Shown: one piece after another, positions 19,387-27,526 of the stretch
How the letters are laid out: each line of letters begins with the position of its first letter
How positions within the stretch are numbered: position 1 is the stretch's first letter
NCBI GenBank assembly: GCA_964571965.1
Contig: CAZNFQ010000003.1
Coordinates: 1-63,422 of the forward strand
DNA: 63,422 nt
Direction: 5' to 3'
From: an uncultured bacterium
Lineage (GTDB): Bacteria; Fermentibacterota; Fermentibacteria; Fermentibacterales; JCC-6
The notes under the pieces: generated by a model
Databases searched by the model: none
What the model was told of the DNA's origin: nothing
Seen by the model: the letters and a program-made list of their open reading frames with translations, nothing else
Made by a program: the position numbers and the translations under genes

Positions 19387-20109
19387 TTATCGCTTACCCT
19401 TCCTCCATATTCCCCAGACTATTCTCCACTTCATAAGGGGAAGCTGAAGGGGAAGGTCCTTTATATGCATGGCAAGGAACTCGGGGTCAGGTTTCTGAAA
19501 AGAGCTTTCCGCCTCTCCTCCATGAAGCTTCCGGTATCCACCTTTCTCGAAATACCGGTCCAGGTATCCACCGTGAACCGTTGAGAGCCCCTGTTCTGAA
19601 AGACCGGCTCTCACCTTTTTGGCAATCCCCAGACAAGGTTTCTCTTCAATACTCTGATAATCGTATTCAGCGACCACGGCGAAGAGATCCGTTCTGATCT
19701 TCTTCAGCCACCTCACAGGATCCTCAAGCGAGGAAAAAAAGAATGAAGAAACATACATATCCGCCTCGGGAGGATTCCCCCGGGCATCACCTTCCGTAAA
19801 ATGTTCATCATCCGGAAGAATGCCCGGGTCTATGTCCATTCCCGCGTATGACGCGTCTGTGAGGGTCAGTATCTCTTTTCCCAGAAGACCGCTTCCGCAG
19901 CCCGGTTCGAATATCCTTTCAACTGAACCAATGGGCAGAAGGGAAAGCACATGCCTTCGCAGACAGGCGAGCTCCTTATACTGTCTCCGGTATATCTCCC
20001 TGAGCAGATCGCCTCTAAATCGAGTCTCTGCAGGAGGCTCCGTTCTTCTTCTCAAGGGGGCATCCTCCTCCGCAGAGTGTGAAGTGAACACATTCCCTGC
20101 AGGTTTCAT
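19387..20109 (-). CDS. Class I SAM-dependent methyltransferase, last gene of the radical SAM operon (true start probably near 20007)
   Basis: IFEPGCGSGLLG, YAGMDID motifs; the track start overlaps the rSAM gene by 95 nt so the start is uncertain. Confidence 0.8.
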   Translation of the reverse strand: MKPAGNVFTSHSAEEDAPLRRRTEPPAETRFRGDLLREIYRRQYKELACLRRHVLSLLPIGSVERIFEPGCGSGLLGKEILTLTDASYAGMDIDPGILPDDEHFTEGDARGNPPEADMYVSSFFFSSLEDPVRWLKKIRTDLFAVVAEYDYQSIEEKPCLGIAKKVRAGLSEQGLSTVHGGYLDRYFEKGGYRKLHGGEAESSFQKPDPEFLAMHIKDLPLQLPLMKWRIVWGIWRKGKR

Positions 20110-21334
20110 CCACCCATTTCCTTTCCCTGGCGGACACGAAAAGCTCGCTTTGCCAGATGGACTCCCATGGATCCTTCAGGATATTCCCGGCGGATTCGTA
20201 CCAGCTCTGACAGGGAAGCACCTCGCCGTCCGGTTCAACGCAGAGATTGTATTCCCCTGCTGTGCAACGCTTCTCGCCCAGGTCCAGTTCCAGAGGATTG
20301 AAAGCGCAGTAACGTGTTGGAGAATACCAGATGAACCTCATACCGAGCCTTTCCAGTTCCTCATTCATGGAAAGGATCACCGTTTCAAGCTGATCAAGCG
20401 GAATGGAAATGTCTTCCTCAAGGGCCTTGCCGCTGTGAATTATGGCGTTGGCAGCCACGGCTCCAAGGCCAAGGCCGTGGGCAAACTTCACGGTTTCAGT
20501 CATGCCCCCGGCATTTTTCTTAGTGATGGTGGTGTTGGTTATGGTGTGCAGCCCTGCCTTAACGCAGTTCCTTATTCCCTGAACTGTTTTATGGAAGCTG
20601 TCTGCTCCGGTCATTGCATTGTGAACAGTGCTGTCCGCTGACTCCAGTGTGATCTGAACATGGTCAAGGCCCGCATCCACAAGTGTTTTAAGGTATTCTG
20701 CGTCTGCCAGCTTCACCCCGTTGGTGAGAAGTCCGGTGACCATTCCCAGACTCTCGGCATGGGAGATAAGCTGAACGAGGTCATCCCGGAGAGTAGCCTC
20801 TCCGCCTGTGAATATCACATGTGGGATCCCCAGATCCCATACTTTTTTCAGAACTTCCTTCCACTGTTCAGTGGGAAGCTCTGCCTTCTCCCTTGTCTGG
20901 TTGTAACAGTGGGAGCAGTTAACATTACATCTGTATGTAAGGGCCAGATCCATTCTGTATGGAACGGAAACCTCTGTCTGGAAGGGCTCTGCCACATCCA
21001 TGTTCACATAGGATACGGGTTCCCCGGCTCCTTTGCCAAGGATATCCTTCAGGGTTTCACTGAATTCCCGAAGATCGCCGGCGGCCTGTTTTTTCTTCAC
21101 ATTGTAGCGTTTTTTCAAAGCCCGGATCATTTCCTTTTCGGAGTATTCAGAAAGGATCATCAAGCACATATCCACTGCCACAGGGTTCAGGTGTATCACC
21201 CGTGAAGCGTCCACCGTTAGCATTCCTGCTCCCGATTCCCCGGTTCGGAGATGTATCCGATGGTCCCCGGTCCTGAAATGTCTGATCCCCGGTTCGCTTA
21301 TTCTCTTTCCTGCTTCTTTCAGATTCCTGAACAT
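20015..21334 (-). CDS. Radical SAM/SPASM protein with N-terminal PqqD-like RiPP recognition element
   Basis: CNVNCSHC (CxxxCxxC), GGEATLR, TNG; SPASM C-x12-G-x4-C ... C-x2-C-x5-C-x3-C-x9-C; N-terminal LNPVA...SEKEMIRALKKRYNV...AAGDLREF. Start ATG 21334 behind GGGGGAGG. Confidence 0.9.
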   Translation of the reverse strand: MFRNLKEAGKRISEPGIRHFRTGDHRIHLRTGESGAGMLTVDASRVIHLNPVAVDMCLMILSEYSEKEMIRALKKRYNVKKKQAAGDLREFSETLKDILGKGAGEPVSYVNMDVAEPFQTEVSVPYRMDLALTYRCNVNCSHCYNQTREKAELPTEQWKEVLKKVWDLGIPHVIFTGGEATLRDDLVQLISHAESLGMVTGLLTNGVKLADAEYLKTLVDAGLDHVQITLESADSTVHNAMTGADSFHKTVQGIRNCVKAGLHTITNTTITKKNAGGMTETVKFAHGLGLGAVAANAIIHSGKALEEDISIPLDQLETVILSMNEELERLGMRFIWYSPTRYCAFNPLELDLGEKRCTAGEYNLCVEPDGEVLPCQSWYESAGNILKDPWESIWQSELFVSARERKWVDETCRECVHFTLCGGGCPLEKKNGASCRDSI

Positions 21335-21335
21335 G

Positions 21336-22886
21336 CTATCTGCCTCCCCCTGCACAGGCGCAGGCACAACCTGCGCAGGCACATGCACAGGCACAGCCGC
21401 TGCCCGAGCTGCTTCTGCCTGTGGAAACGGGAACGGGATTCGTGGTTGCCGTTACCGACCGGGAAAGCGAAGTTATGTTCGCCACGGTTCTTCCGGCAGC
21501 GCTCTCCAGTGCCCCCGCAAGCTGGGAACAGGCATTGCTCAATGACATTCCCCCTGCTGCCGAACCGGCTCTTCCTGAAATGTAACCGAACATGTATGCA
21601 GGAAGAATTGCTGTTCTGTTTTCCGGAATTTTCCTTACCCGCTGTTCATACTTACCGTCGGCAAGCATCCACTGGAAGCTGTTTCCCAGGATCTCCCCGG
21701 CTTTTTCAGAGGATCCGTCCTCCATGACCATCCGCCATGCACTTTGAATAATGCTTCTGTAGTATTCCCTGGTTTCCTTCAGGGAGTAACCATCCATCTT
21801 TTTCTGAAGTTCCTTTATCATGTCCAGGAACACTTTCCTTACGGGTTCAGCGGGAATGGGTTTATGGAGACCGCCTGTGGGGATCAGGGCAAGGATCCGC
21901 TTCTCGTATGAGCGAAGCCCTTCATCTGAACCGGTTCGTTCCAGCTTGTGGCCGTCCAGCTGAACCTTACCCTTCTTCAGAAGACCGAAAATTATGAGCA
22001 TGAATACCCTGTCCAGCTTTTCCTCCAGGAGAAGGGCGGCCATGGGAGCTGTAAGTCCCCGCTTGATGCCCGTTCCCTCAAGACCCAGTCTTGGAGGCAG
22101 GTACTGTTCCCTGCGTTTCTTCGCGCTGACCACCGATTTGACGATGACAAAAATAATGAAGGCAAAGAAAAGGAATATGAAACCGAAAACCGCAATCAAC
22201 ACCAGAGCTTCAGGGGAGATCAGAGGAGCTTTGGGTCTCTCGGTCAGGGGGCCGTCCACCAGGTCTTCAGGGAATGATACACCCACCATGTAGGGAGAAT
22301 CCACCCGCCTGATTTCCTGCCATACGTAAACCACCCTGCCGTCCTTGTCCACCCTGGACTCGGTGAATGGACGGTCATGGTACCTGACAAGATCAGGTTC
22401 TGCCCCCTCAGGGAAAACAACGGTCAGGGTGAATTCACTGGATCCGGAAAGAATACCCCCATCGAACCAGGTGGGTGAGAACTCCATTGACGCGTAGTCA
22501 TCGCTTTCAGTGTCCAGGAAAACCATGTTCCCGTTAACGCCTGAAAATCTGAATCGGCCCTGCTCTCCTCCGTAAATGGAAAATTCATCCAGGTGTACCT
22601 CCACGCCGTTGTCTATGTAGGTGGAGTAATAAATCCTGTCAAGGGTATGATTGTCGATGCCGGCTTCAACATCGGAAAGGCTGAAGTCATCCGACGGAAA
22701 CCCTATGTCAACGATGTCCACAGGGCTGAATCCCGGTGTGCATTCAAAAAGGATTTCATAACTTATATCCAGTGACCGGTCCCTGTTCACTTCCACAGCA
22801 CAGTTGAACTCGGGGATAGAGAAACCGTAGTTCTGGCTGAAGGCTGCTGATGCCAACAGTAAAAGAGATGAGGTCAACTTCACCAT
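21336..22886 (-). CDS. Signal-peptide/TM protein (DUF2207-like architecture) with C-terminal CACACACAGCACACAGGGR tail
   Basis: Signal peptide, about 200-aa exported beta-rich domain, TM helix ALVLIAVFGFIFLFFAFIIFVIV, soluble C-terminal region, Ser/Gly linker and 7-Cys tail verified codon by codon. Confidence 0.85.
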   Translation of the reverse strand: MVKLTSSLLLLASAAFSQNYGFSIPEFNCAVEVNRDRSLDISYEILFECTPGFSPVDIVDIGFPSDDFSLSDVEAGIDNHTLDRIYYSTYIDNGVEVHLDEFSIYGGEQGRFRFSGVNGNMVFLDTESDDYASMEFSPTWFDGGILSGSSEFTLTVVFPEGAEPDLVRYHDRPFTESRVDKDGRVVYVWQEIRRVDSPYMVGVSFPEDLVDGPLTERPKAPLISPEALVLIAVFGFIFLFFAFIIFVIVKSVVSAKKRREQYLPPRLGLEGTGIKRGLTAPMAALLLEEKLDRVFMLIIFGLLKKGKVQLDGHKLERTGSDEGLRSYEKRILALIPTGGLHKPIPAEPVRKVFLDMIKELQKKMDGYSLKETREYYRSIIQSAWRMVMEDGSSEKAGEILGNSFQWMLADGKYEQRVRKIPENRTAILPAYMFGYISGRAGSAAGGMSLSNACSQLAGALESAAGRTVANITSLSRSVTATTNPVPVSTGRSSSGSGCACACACAGCACACAGGGR

Positions 22887-23215
22887 TTCGGCGCCTCCTC
22901 CAGCTGATACTCACTATGACAATAGGGACATGAAACAAAAACGGTTCCTGCTCTTACAGAGGCATTATCAGAAGAAAGCGTACCTCCGCACTGCCTGCAT
23001 TTCATGTTCTCAAGGGTTACGTCACCGGTGAGTTCCAGTTCCTGTTTCACTATTACGTCACGGGTTCTGGGCTTTCTGAGCCCGGTCCACAGAAGAAAAA
23101 CCCCTGTAAGGAGTATCACTGCTCCGGAAACCGGTCTGCCTCCAATGAGAAAAACCAGCCCGAAAAAGATTGTAACTGCTCCGGAAACGGCAAGAACAAT
23201 TTTAAGCGCTTTCAT
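22880..23215 (-). CDS. Small membrane protein with C-terminal zinc ribbon
   Basis: Two TM helices then CRQC...CPYC; stop overlaps the next start (ATGGTGA). Confidence 0.8.
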   Translation of the reverse strand: MKALKIVLAVSGAVTIFFGLVFLIGGRPVSGAVILLTGVFLLWTGLRKPRTRDVIVKQELELTGDVTLENMKCRQCGGTLSSDNASVRAGTVFVSCPYCHSEYQLEEAPKW

Positions 23216-23285
23216 AATTCCCTCCCATTTGCTTTGGTAAATAACACTGGAAGGGAATCAGAACAAGGATAACTGCTGGAATGAA

Positions 23286-23786
23286 TCAGATGGCTTCGGC
23301 CAGGCCTTCGGTTTCGATTTCCATTCTGTAGAAGGGAACGGAGGTTCCATCCTGAAGTACCGTGGAACCCTCTCCGCTTACTGTGAAACCCACACTTCTG
23401 TAGGACCTTACTGCCCTTTCGTTGGCCTGCCTTACTGTAAGTCTGATTCTTGAAAGACCCAGGATTTCAACGGCTCTGTCAATGGCCATCACTATTACCC
23501 TGCGTCCTATCCCTCTGCCCAAAACATCAGGACGACCGATTATTATTCCCAGAATGCCTGTATCATCTCCCGGTCTTCGTCTGTCCACCCAGACTCCTCC
23601 AATGGCCTCATCATCGAGGATAATCGCATACCAGACATAGTCGGTACCCCACCGCTGAAGGTCCTCGGTCTTTTCAAAGTTAAGGGGTGTAACCTTCTGC
23701 ATGTACTTGTAGGAGCCCACGGCATTACTCCAGGCCTCAAGCTGCGAGAGGTCGTCCTCCTCGAATCGTCTAAGAGACAGTTTCAT
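23286..23786 (-). CDS. GNAT family N-acetyltransferase (RimJ/RimL-like)
   Basis: LRRFEEDD, IIIGRPDVLGRGIGR, NERAVRSYRSVGF. Start moved to ATG 23786. Confidence 0.88.
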   Translation of the reverse strand: MKLSLRRFEEDDLSQLEAWSNAVGSYKYMQKVTPLNFEKTEDLQRWGTDYVWYAIILDDEAIGGVWVDRRRPGDDTGILGIIIGRPDVLGRGIGRRVIVMAIDRAVEILGLSRIRLTVRQANERAVRSYRSVGFTVSGEGSTVLQDGTSVPFYRMEIETEGLAEAI

Positions 23787-23884
23787 CCAAAGTCTTTCTT
23801 GTTTACTTACCGATAAGTAATATTCCGCGTTAACCGGTATCATATTCAAATCCGGGGCAATTGGTCAACACGATTTCCATCTTG

Positions 23885-23896
23885 TAGATTAACAGA
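23885..23896 (+). promoter_or_regulatory. Putative -10 box of a leaderless transcript
   Basis: TAGATT (23885-23890), 6 nt, ATG 23897; no Shine-Dalgarno. Confidence 0.4.
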
Positions 23897-24676
23897 ATGG
23901 AAAGATCATCTGAAAGGTCCCACTGGGACAGGTTCTGGGAGAGGGAGCGGGATCTCTCGGAAATCTATGACAACGATGACCGTATAAGGATCGAGATTAA
24001 AAAGAGACTTGATCTTAATGGCCTGTATACCCTCGAGGTGGGAGCGGCCACTGCCCGTGACAGCGTTTCCCTTGCCGCAGAAGGAGCCCTTCCCTTCGCA
24101 CTGGATTACTCCCACGCAGCACTTAAACTTGCAGGAGAGGCAGCCTCCGGGGAAAACCGTACTCTTCTGCTGGTTTGCGGCGATGCAAACGCCCTTCCCT
24201 TCAGAGATGAATCATTCGACCTGGTTTTTCATCAGGGAGTAATGGAGCACTTCAGGAACACCATTCCCATGACAGAGGAGTGCACCAGGGTACTTAAACC
24301 CGGCGGGAACCTCCTGGTGGACGTTCCCCAGACTTTCCATGTGTACACCGTGATCAAGAAGATCCTTATCGCTTTTAACGCCTGGTTCGCCGGCTGGGAA
24401 ACCCAGTACACCGCTGCCGGGCTGAAGAAATACCTGCAAACCGCAGGTCTTGAGCCCTGGTCGGTCTACGGCAGGTATTTCTCCCCAAGTCTTTTTTACA
24501 GGATCCTCCGTGAGATACTCATGAAAGTGGGGATCAGGCTTCCCTTGCGGCCTGTTCTGATCCCCTGTATACACGAGCTGCGAAGCAGAATAAGAAAAAG
24601 GGTGGAAAGAAGTCCCCTTGGACCGCTTACAGGTGTAGTCATAGGAGTATTTGCCAGAAAGGCAGACCGCCGGTGA
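23897..24676 (+). CDS. Class I SAM-dependent methyltransferase (Methyltransf_11-like)
   Basis: LEVGAATARD, CGDANALPFRDESFDLVFHQGVMEHF, RVLKPGG. Confidence 0.88.
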   Translation: MERSSERSHWDRFWERERDLSEIYDNDDRIRIEIKKRLDLNGLYTLEVGAATARDSVSLAAEGALPFALDYSHAALKLAGEAASGENRTLLLVCGDANALPFRDESFDLVFHQGVMEHFRNTIPMTEECTRVLKPGGNLLVDVPQTFHVYTVIKKILIAFNAWFAGWETQYTAAGLKKYLQTAGLEPWSVYGRYFSPSLFYRILREILMKVGIRLPLRPVLIPCIHELRSRIRKRVERSPLGPLTGVVIGVFARKADRR

Positions 24677-25785
24677 AAATACTTGCCCTGAACTGGAGAG
24701 ATCCCAGGAACCCTGAAGCAGGGGGAGCGGAAATCCACCTGCACGAGATACTGAAAAGGGCTGTGAGAAAAGGCCACAGGGTGATACAGGTCTCCCATTC
24801 GGTTCAGTGGCTTCCGGAAAGGGAAGAAATAGACGGAGTAGAGATACACCGGCATGGCAGGTGGTACTCTTACAATTACACCCTCAGGAAATACTGTGAG
24901 AAACTTGATCTGGATTCATTCGACCTGATAGTGGAGGACATCTGCAAGGTTCCGGTTTTTTCACCCAGGTGGAGTCCCACGCCGGTTCTTGCAATTGTAC
25001 CTCATCTGTTCGGAACCACGGCCTTCAGGGAAGTATCGGCCCCAAAGGCTCTTTACGTGAATCTCCTCGAGGCTTTTATCCCGGGGATTTACCGCAACTG
25101 CAACTTCGTGGCAATAAGCGACAGCACCAAGGAAGATCTTGTCCGCAGAGGCATAACGCCTGATCGCGTCAGGGTTATCCCCTGCGGAATCGACACTGAA
25201 TTCTATAAACAGGACCCGCTGGTACCGGTTGAAGATAACCGGCTGCTCTTTGTGGGGCGGCTGAAGAGGTATAAAGGGGTACAGCATCTCCTGGAAGCAA
25301 TGAAAATACTGCACTCCCGGAACCTTCCCGTTAAGCTCACCGTAACCGGAGACGGCGACTACGCCAGACACCTGAGGCTGCTGGTGGGCAAGCTCAATCT
25401 TCAGGACAGCGTGGAATTCCCGGGGTTCATTCCCCAGGAGGAAAAGCTCCGCCAGATTCAAGGGGCTTACGTTGCGGTTTTCCCATCTGCGAAAGAGGGC
25501 TGGGGTCTTACCGTTATCGAGGCCAACTGCTGCGGCACTCCTGTTGTGGCAAGTGATTCAGACGGTCTTAGGGACTCAGTGAAGAACGGGGAAACAGGAT
25601 TACTCGTGGAGCATGAAAATCCAGTGGCACTTGCAGATGCTCTGGAGAGCATTCTGAAATCGCCTGAAAAAAGGCAGTACCTTTCGGACAATGCTCTTCG
25701 GTGGGCCCGGAGTTTTAACTGGGACAAGACAGGTGAAAAAATGCTGGAGGTAATGGAACAGACCGCAGGAGGTGGTAATGCTTAA
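24673..25785 (+). CDS. Glycosyltransferase family 4
   Basis: GGAEIHL, FVGRLKRYKG, EGWGLTVIEANCCGTPVV; GTGA overlap. Confidence 0.93.
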   Translation: MKILALNWRDPRNPEAGGAEIHLHEILKRAVRKGHRVIQVSHSVQWLPEREEIDGVEIHRHGRWYSYNYTLRKYCEKLDLDSFDLIVEDICKVPVFSPRWSPTPVLAIVPHLFGTTAFREVSAPKALYVNLLEAFIPGIYRNCNFVAISDSTKEDLVRRGITPDRVRVIPCGIDTEFYKQDPLVPVEDNRLLFVGRLKRYKGVQHLLEAMKILHSRNLPVKLTVTGDGDYARHLRLLVGKLNLQDSVEFPGFIPQEEKLRQIQGAYVAVFPSAKEGWGLTVIEANCCGTPVVASDSDGLRDSVKNGETGLLVEHENPVALADALESILKSPEKRQYLSDNALRWARSFNWDKTGEKMLEVMEQTAGGGNA

Positions 25786-26287
25786 GGAAATAAGGAACCG
25801 CAGAAGCATAAGGAGATACCTGAACGAGCCCGTGTCCGGTGAACAGCTGGAGACCCTTCTTCGGTCCGGGATGCAGGCGCCTTCTGCCAGAAATCTTCAG
25901 CCATGGGTATTCATCGTTACCAGAAACAGAGAACTTATGGGAAGGGTACCGGAGGTACACCCGTACGCGGGTATGGTCCCCTCTGCGGGAGCACTGATCC
26001 TGGTATCGGGAAACACCGAGATCCAACCGGAGATCGGGTACATTCTGGAGGATTGTTCCGCTTCGGTTCAGAACATTCTATTGGAAGCAGTACATCAGCA
26101 GCTGGGAGCCGTGTGGCTGGGAGTATACCCCAGGGAGGAACGGGTGAACGGTATATCGAAGCTGTTCCATCTTCCGAAACACATCATTCCCGTGGCTCTT
26201 GTTTCGGTGGGAGTGCCCGGGGAGGAAAAAGACTTCGAAGACAGGTTCGACCCTGCCAAGGTCCACACAGACAGGTGGAGCAACTGA
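25778..26287 (+). CDS. Nitroreductase family protein
   Basis: RRSIRRY, APSARNLQPW, GAVWLG; ATG 25778 behind AGGAGG. Confidence 0.92.
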   Translation: MLKEIRNRRSIRRYLNEPVSGEQLETLLRSGMQAPSARNLQPWVFIVTRNRELMGRVPEVHPYAGMVPSAGALILVSGNTEIQPEIGYILEDCSASVQNILLEAVHQQLGAVWLGVYPREERVNGISKLFHLPKHIIPVALVSVGVPGEEKDFEDRFDPAKVHTDRWSN

Positions 26288-26345
26288 GCCCTTTGCTGCA
26301 TTGCGGCACTGTTGTATCTTATTTTCCCAACAGGAAGGGTGCAAA

Positions 26346-27515
26346 GTGAATAACGAAACTGATCAGAGGGAGTTGATGGAAAGGATGATGTCCACCGGAA
26401 CCATCCTCATCAATATAGGTGACGTGGACATTCTTCTGGAGCAGATACTCACAGAAGCAAGGTATTTCACGAATGCCGATGCCGGTTCGATCTATACCGT
26501 AGAGGGTTCAGACCTGGCTTTCAGGCATTCCCAGAACGATACGATATTGTCCAGGGGCGGAAGGGTTCCCTATACCCGTTTCACCATACCAAAAAACAGG
26601 GAAAGTATTTCAGGCTACGTTGCCTGCACGGGAGAGATACTCAATCTGCCCGATGTGAGACGCATTCCTGAAAACGAGCCCTATTCCTTCGATGACAGTT
26701 ACGACAAACTATCCGGCTACACCACCACGTCTTGTCTCACCCTTCCTCTGGTGAACTCCAGACACCGGGTGGTGGGTGTTCTGCAGCTTATAAATGCAAA
26801 AAACAGAAGCGGAAAGTTCGTGCCTTTCCTGCTTGAAACGGAACCCCTTGCCAGATACTTCGCCTCCATGGCCACACTTGCCCTTGAAAGGGCTATGCTC
26901 ACAAGAACACTGCTTATGAGAATGATAAACATGACTGAACTCCGCGACCCCAAGGAAACCGGTCCCCACGTGAACAGAGTGGGCAGCTATGCCGTTGCAA
27001 TATACGATTCCTGGGCTGACAAACATGGATTCGGCAGCAGAGAAAAAATGTTGACCAGGGACGTTCTTCGAATGGCTGCAATGCTTCATGACGTTGGTAA
27101 AACAGGAATATCCGACGCTATTCTGAAAAAACCTGAACCCCTGGATGACCAGGAGCGATCTGCAATGGAAGCACACTGTTCAATTGGAGCAGACATACTC
27201 CGCAACTGTGAATCGGAATTCGACGAGATGGCAATGGAAATTGCCCAGTGCCACCACGAGAACTGGGACGGATCCGGATATCCCAGGGGGCTCTCAAAGA
27301 ACGAGATTCCCTTCATGGCCAGAATTACGTCAGTTGCAGACGTATTCGATGCTCTGAGTTCCAAAAGGGTTTACAAGGAGCCCTGGCCCGATGAAAAGGT
27401 AACCATGGAAATGGAATCCATGTTCGGAACCAAGTTCGATCCCGGCCTGAAAGAGCATTTCGCCTCCCAACTTCCAGTACTCAGGGAAATAAGGGAGAGC
27501 TACCCGGAAGAATAA
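26346..27515 (+). CDS. GAF + HD-GYP domain protein (probable cyclic di-nucleotide phosphodiesterase)
   Basis: ADAGSIY/GVLQLIN GAF motifs; LHDVGK, HHENWDGSGYP, VADVFDAL. Start moved to GTG 26346. Confidence 0.92.
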   Translation: MNNETDQRELMERMMSTGTILINIGDVDILLEQILTEARYFTNADAGSIYTVEGSDLAFRHSQNDTILSRGGRVPYTRFTIPKNRESISGYVACTGEILNLPDVRRIPENEPYSFDDSYDKLSGYTTTSCLTLPLVNSRHRVVGVLQLINAKNRSGKFVPFLLETEPLARYFASMATLALERAMLTRTLLMRMINMTELRDPKETGPHVNRVGSYAVAIYDSWADKHGFGSREKMLTRDVLRMAAMLHDVGKTGISDAILKKPEPLDDQERSAMEAHCSIGADILRNCESEFDEMAMEIAQCHHENWDGSGYPRGLSKNEIPFMARITSVADVFDALSSKRVYKEPWPDEKVTMEMESMFGTKFDPGLKEHFASQLPVLREIRESYPEE

Positions 27516-27526
27516 AGGAGAGTATC

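Noticed and set aside
20015-21334. Calling the radical SAM PqqE, MftC or a SCIFF maturase
   Set aside because: No pqqA-D, mftA/B or SCIFF precursor genes in the window; motifs support only the RRE-SPASM class.
21336-21395. (CA)n tail as a DNA microsatellite or low-complexity artefact
   Set aside because: Cys and Ala codons alternate among tgt/tgc and gcc/gca, so the repeat is at protein level.
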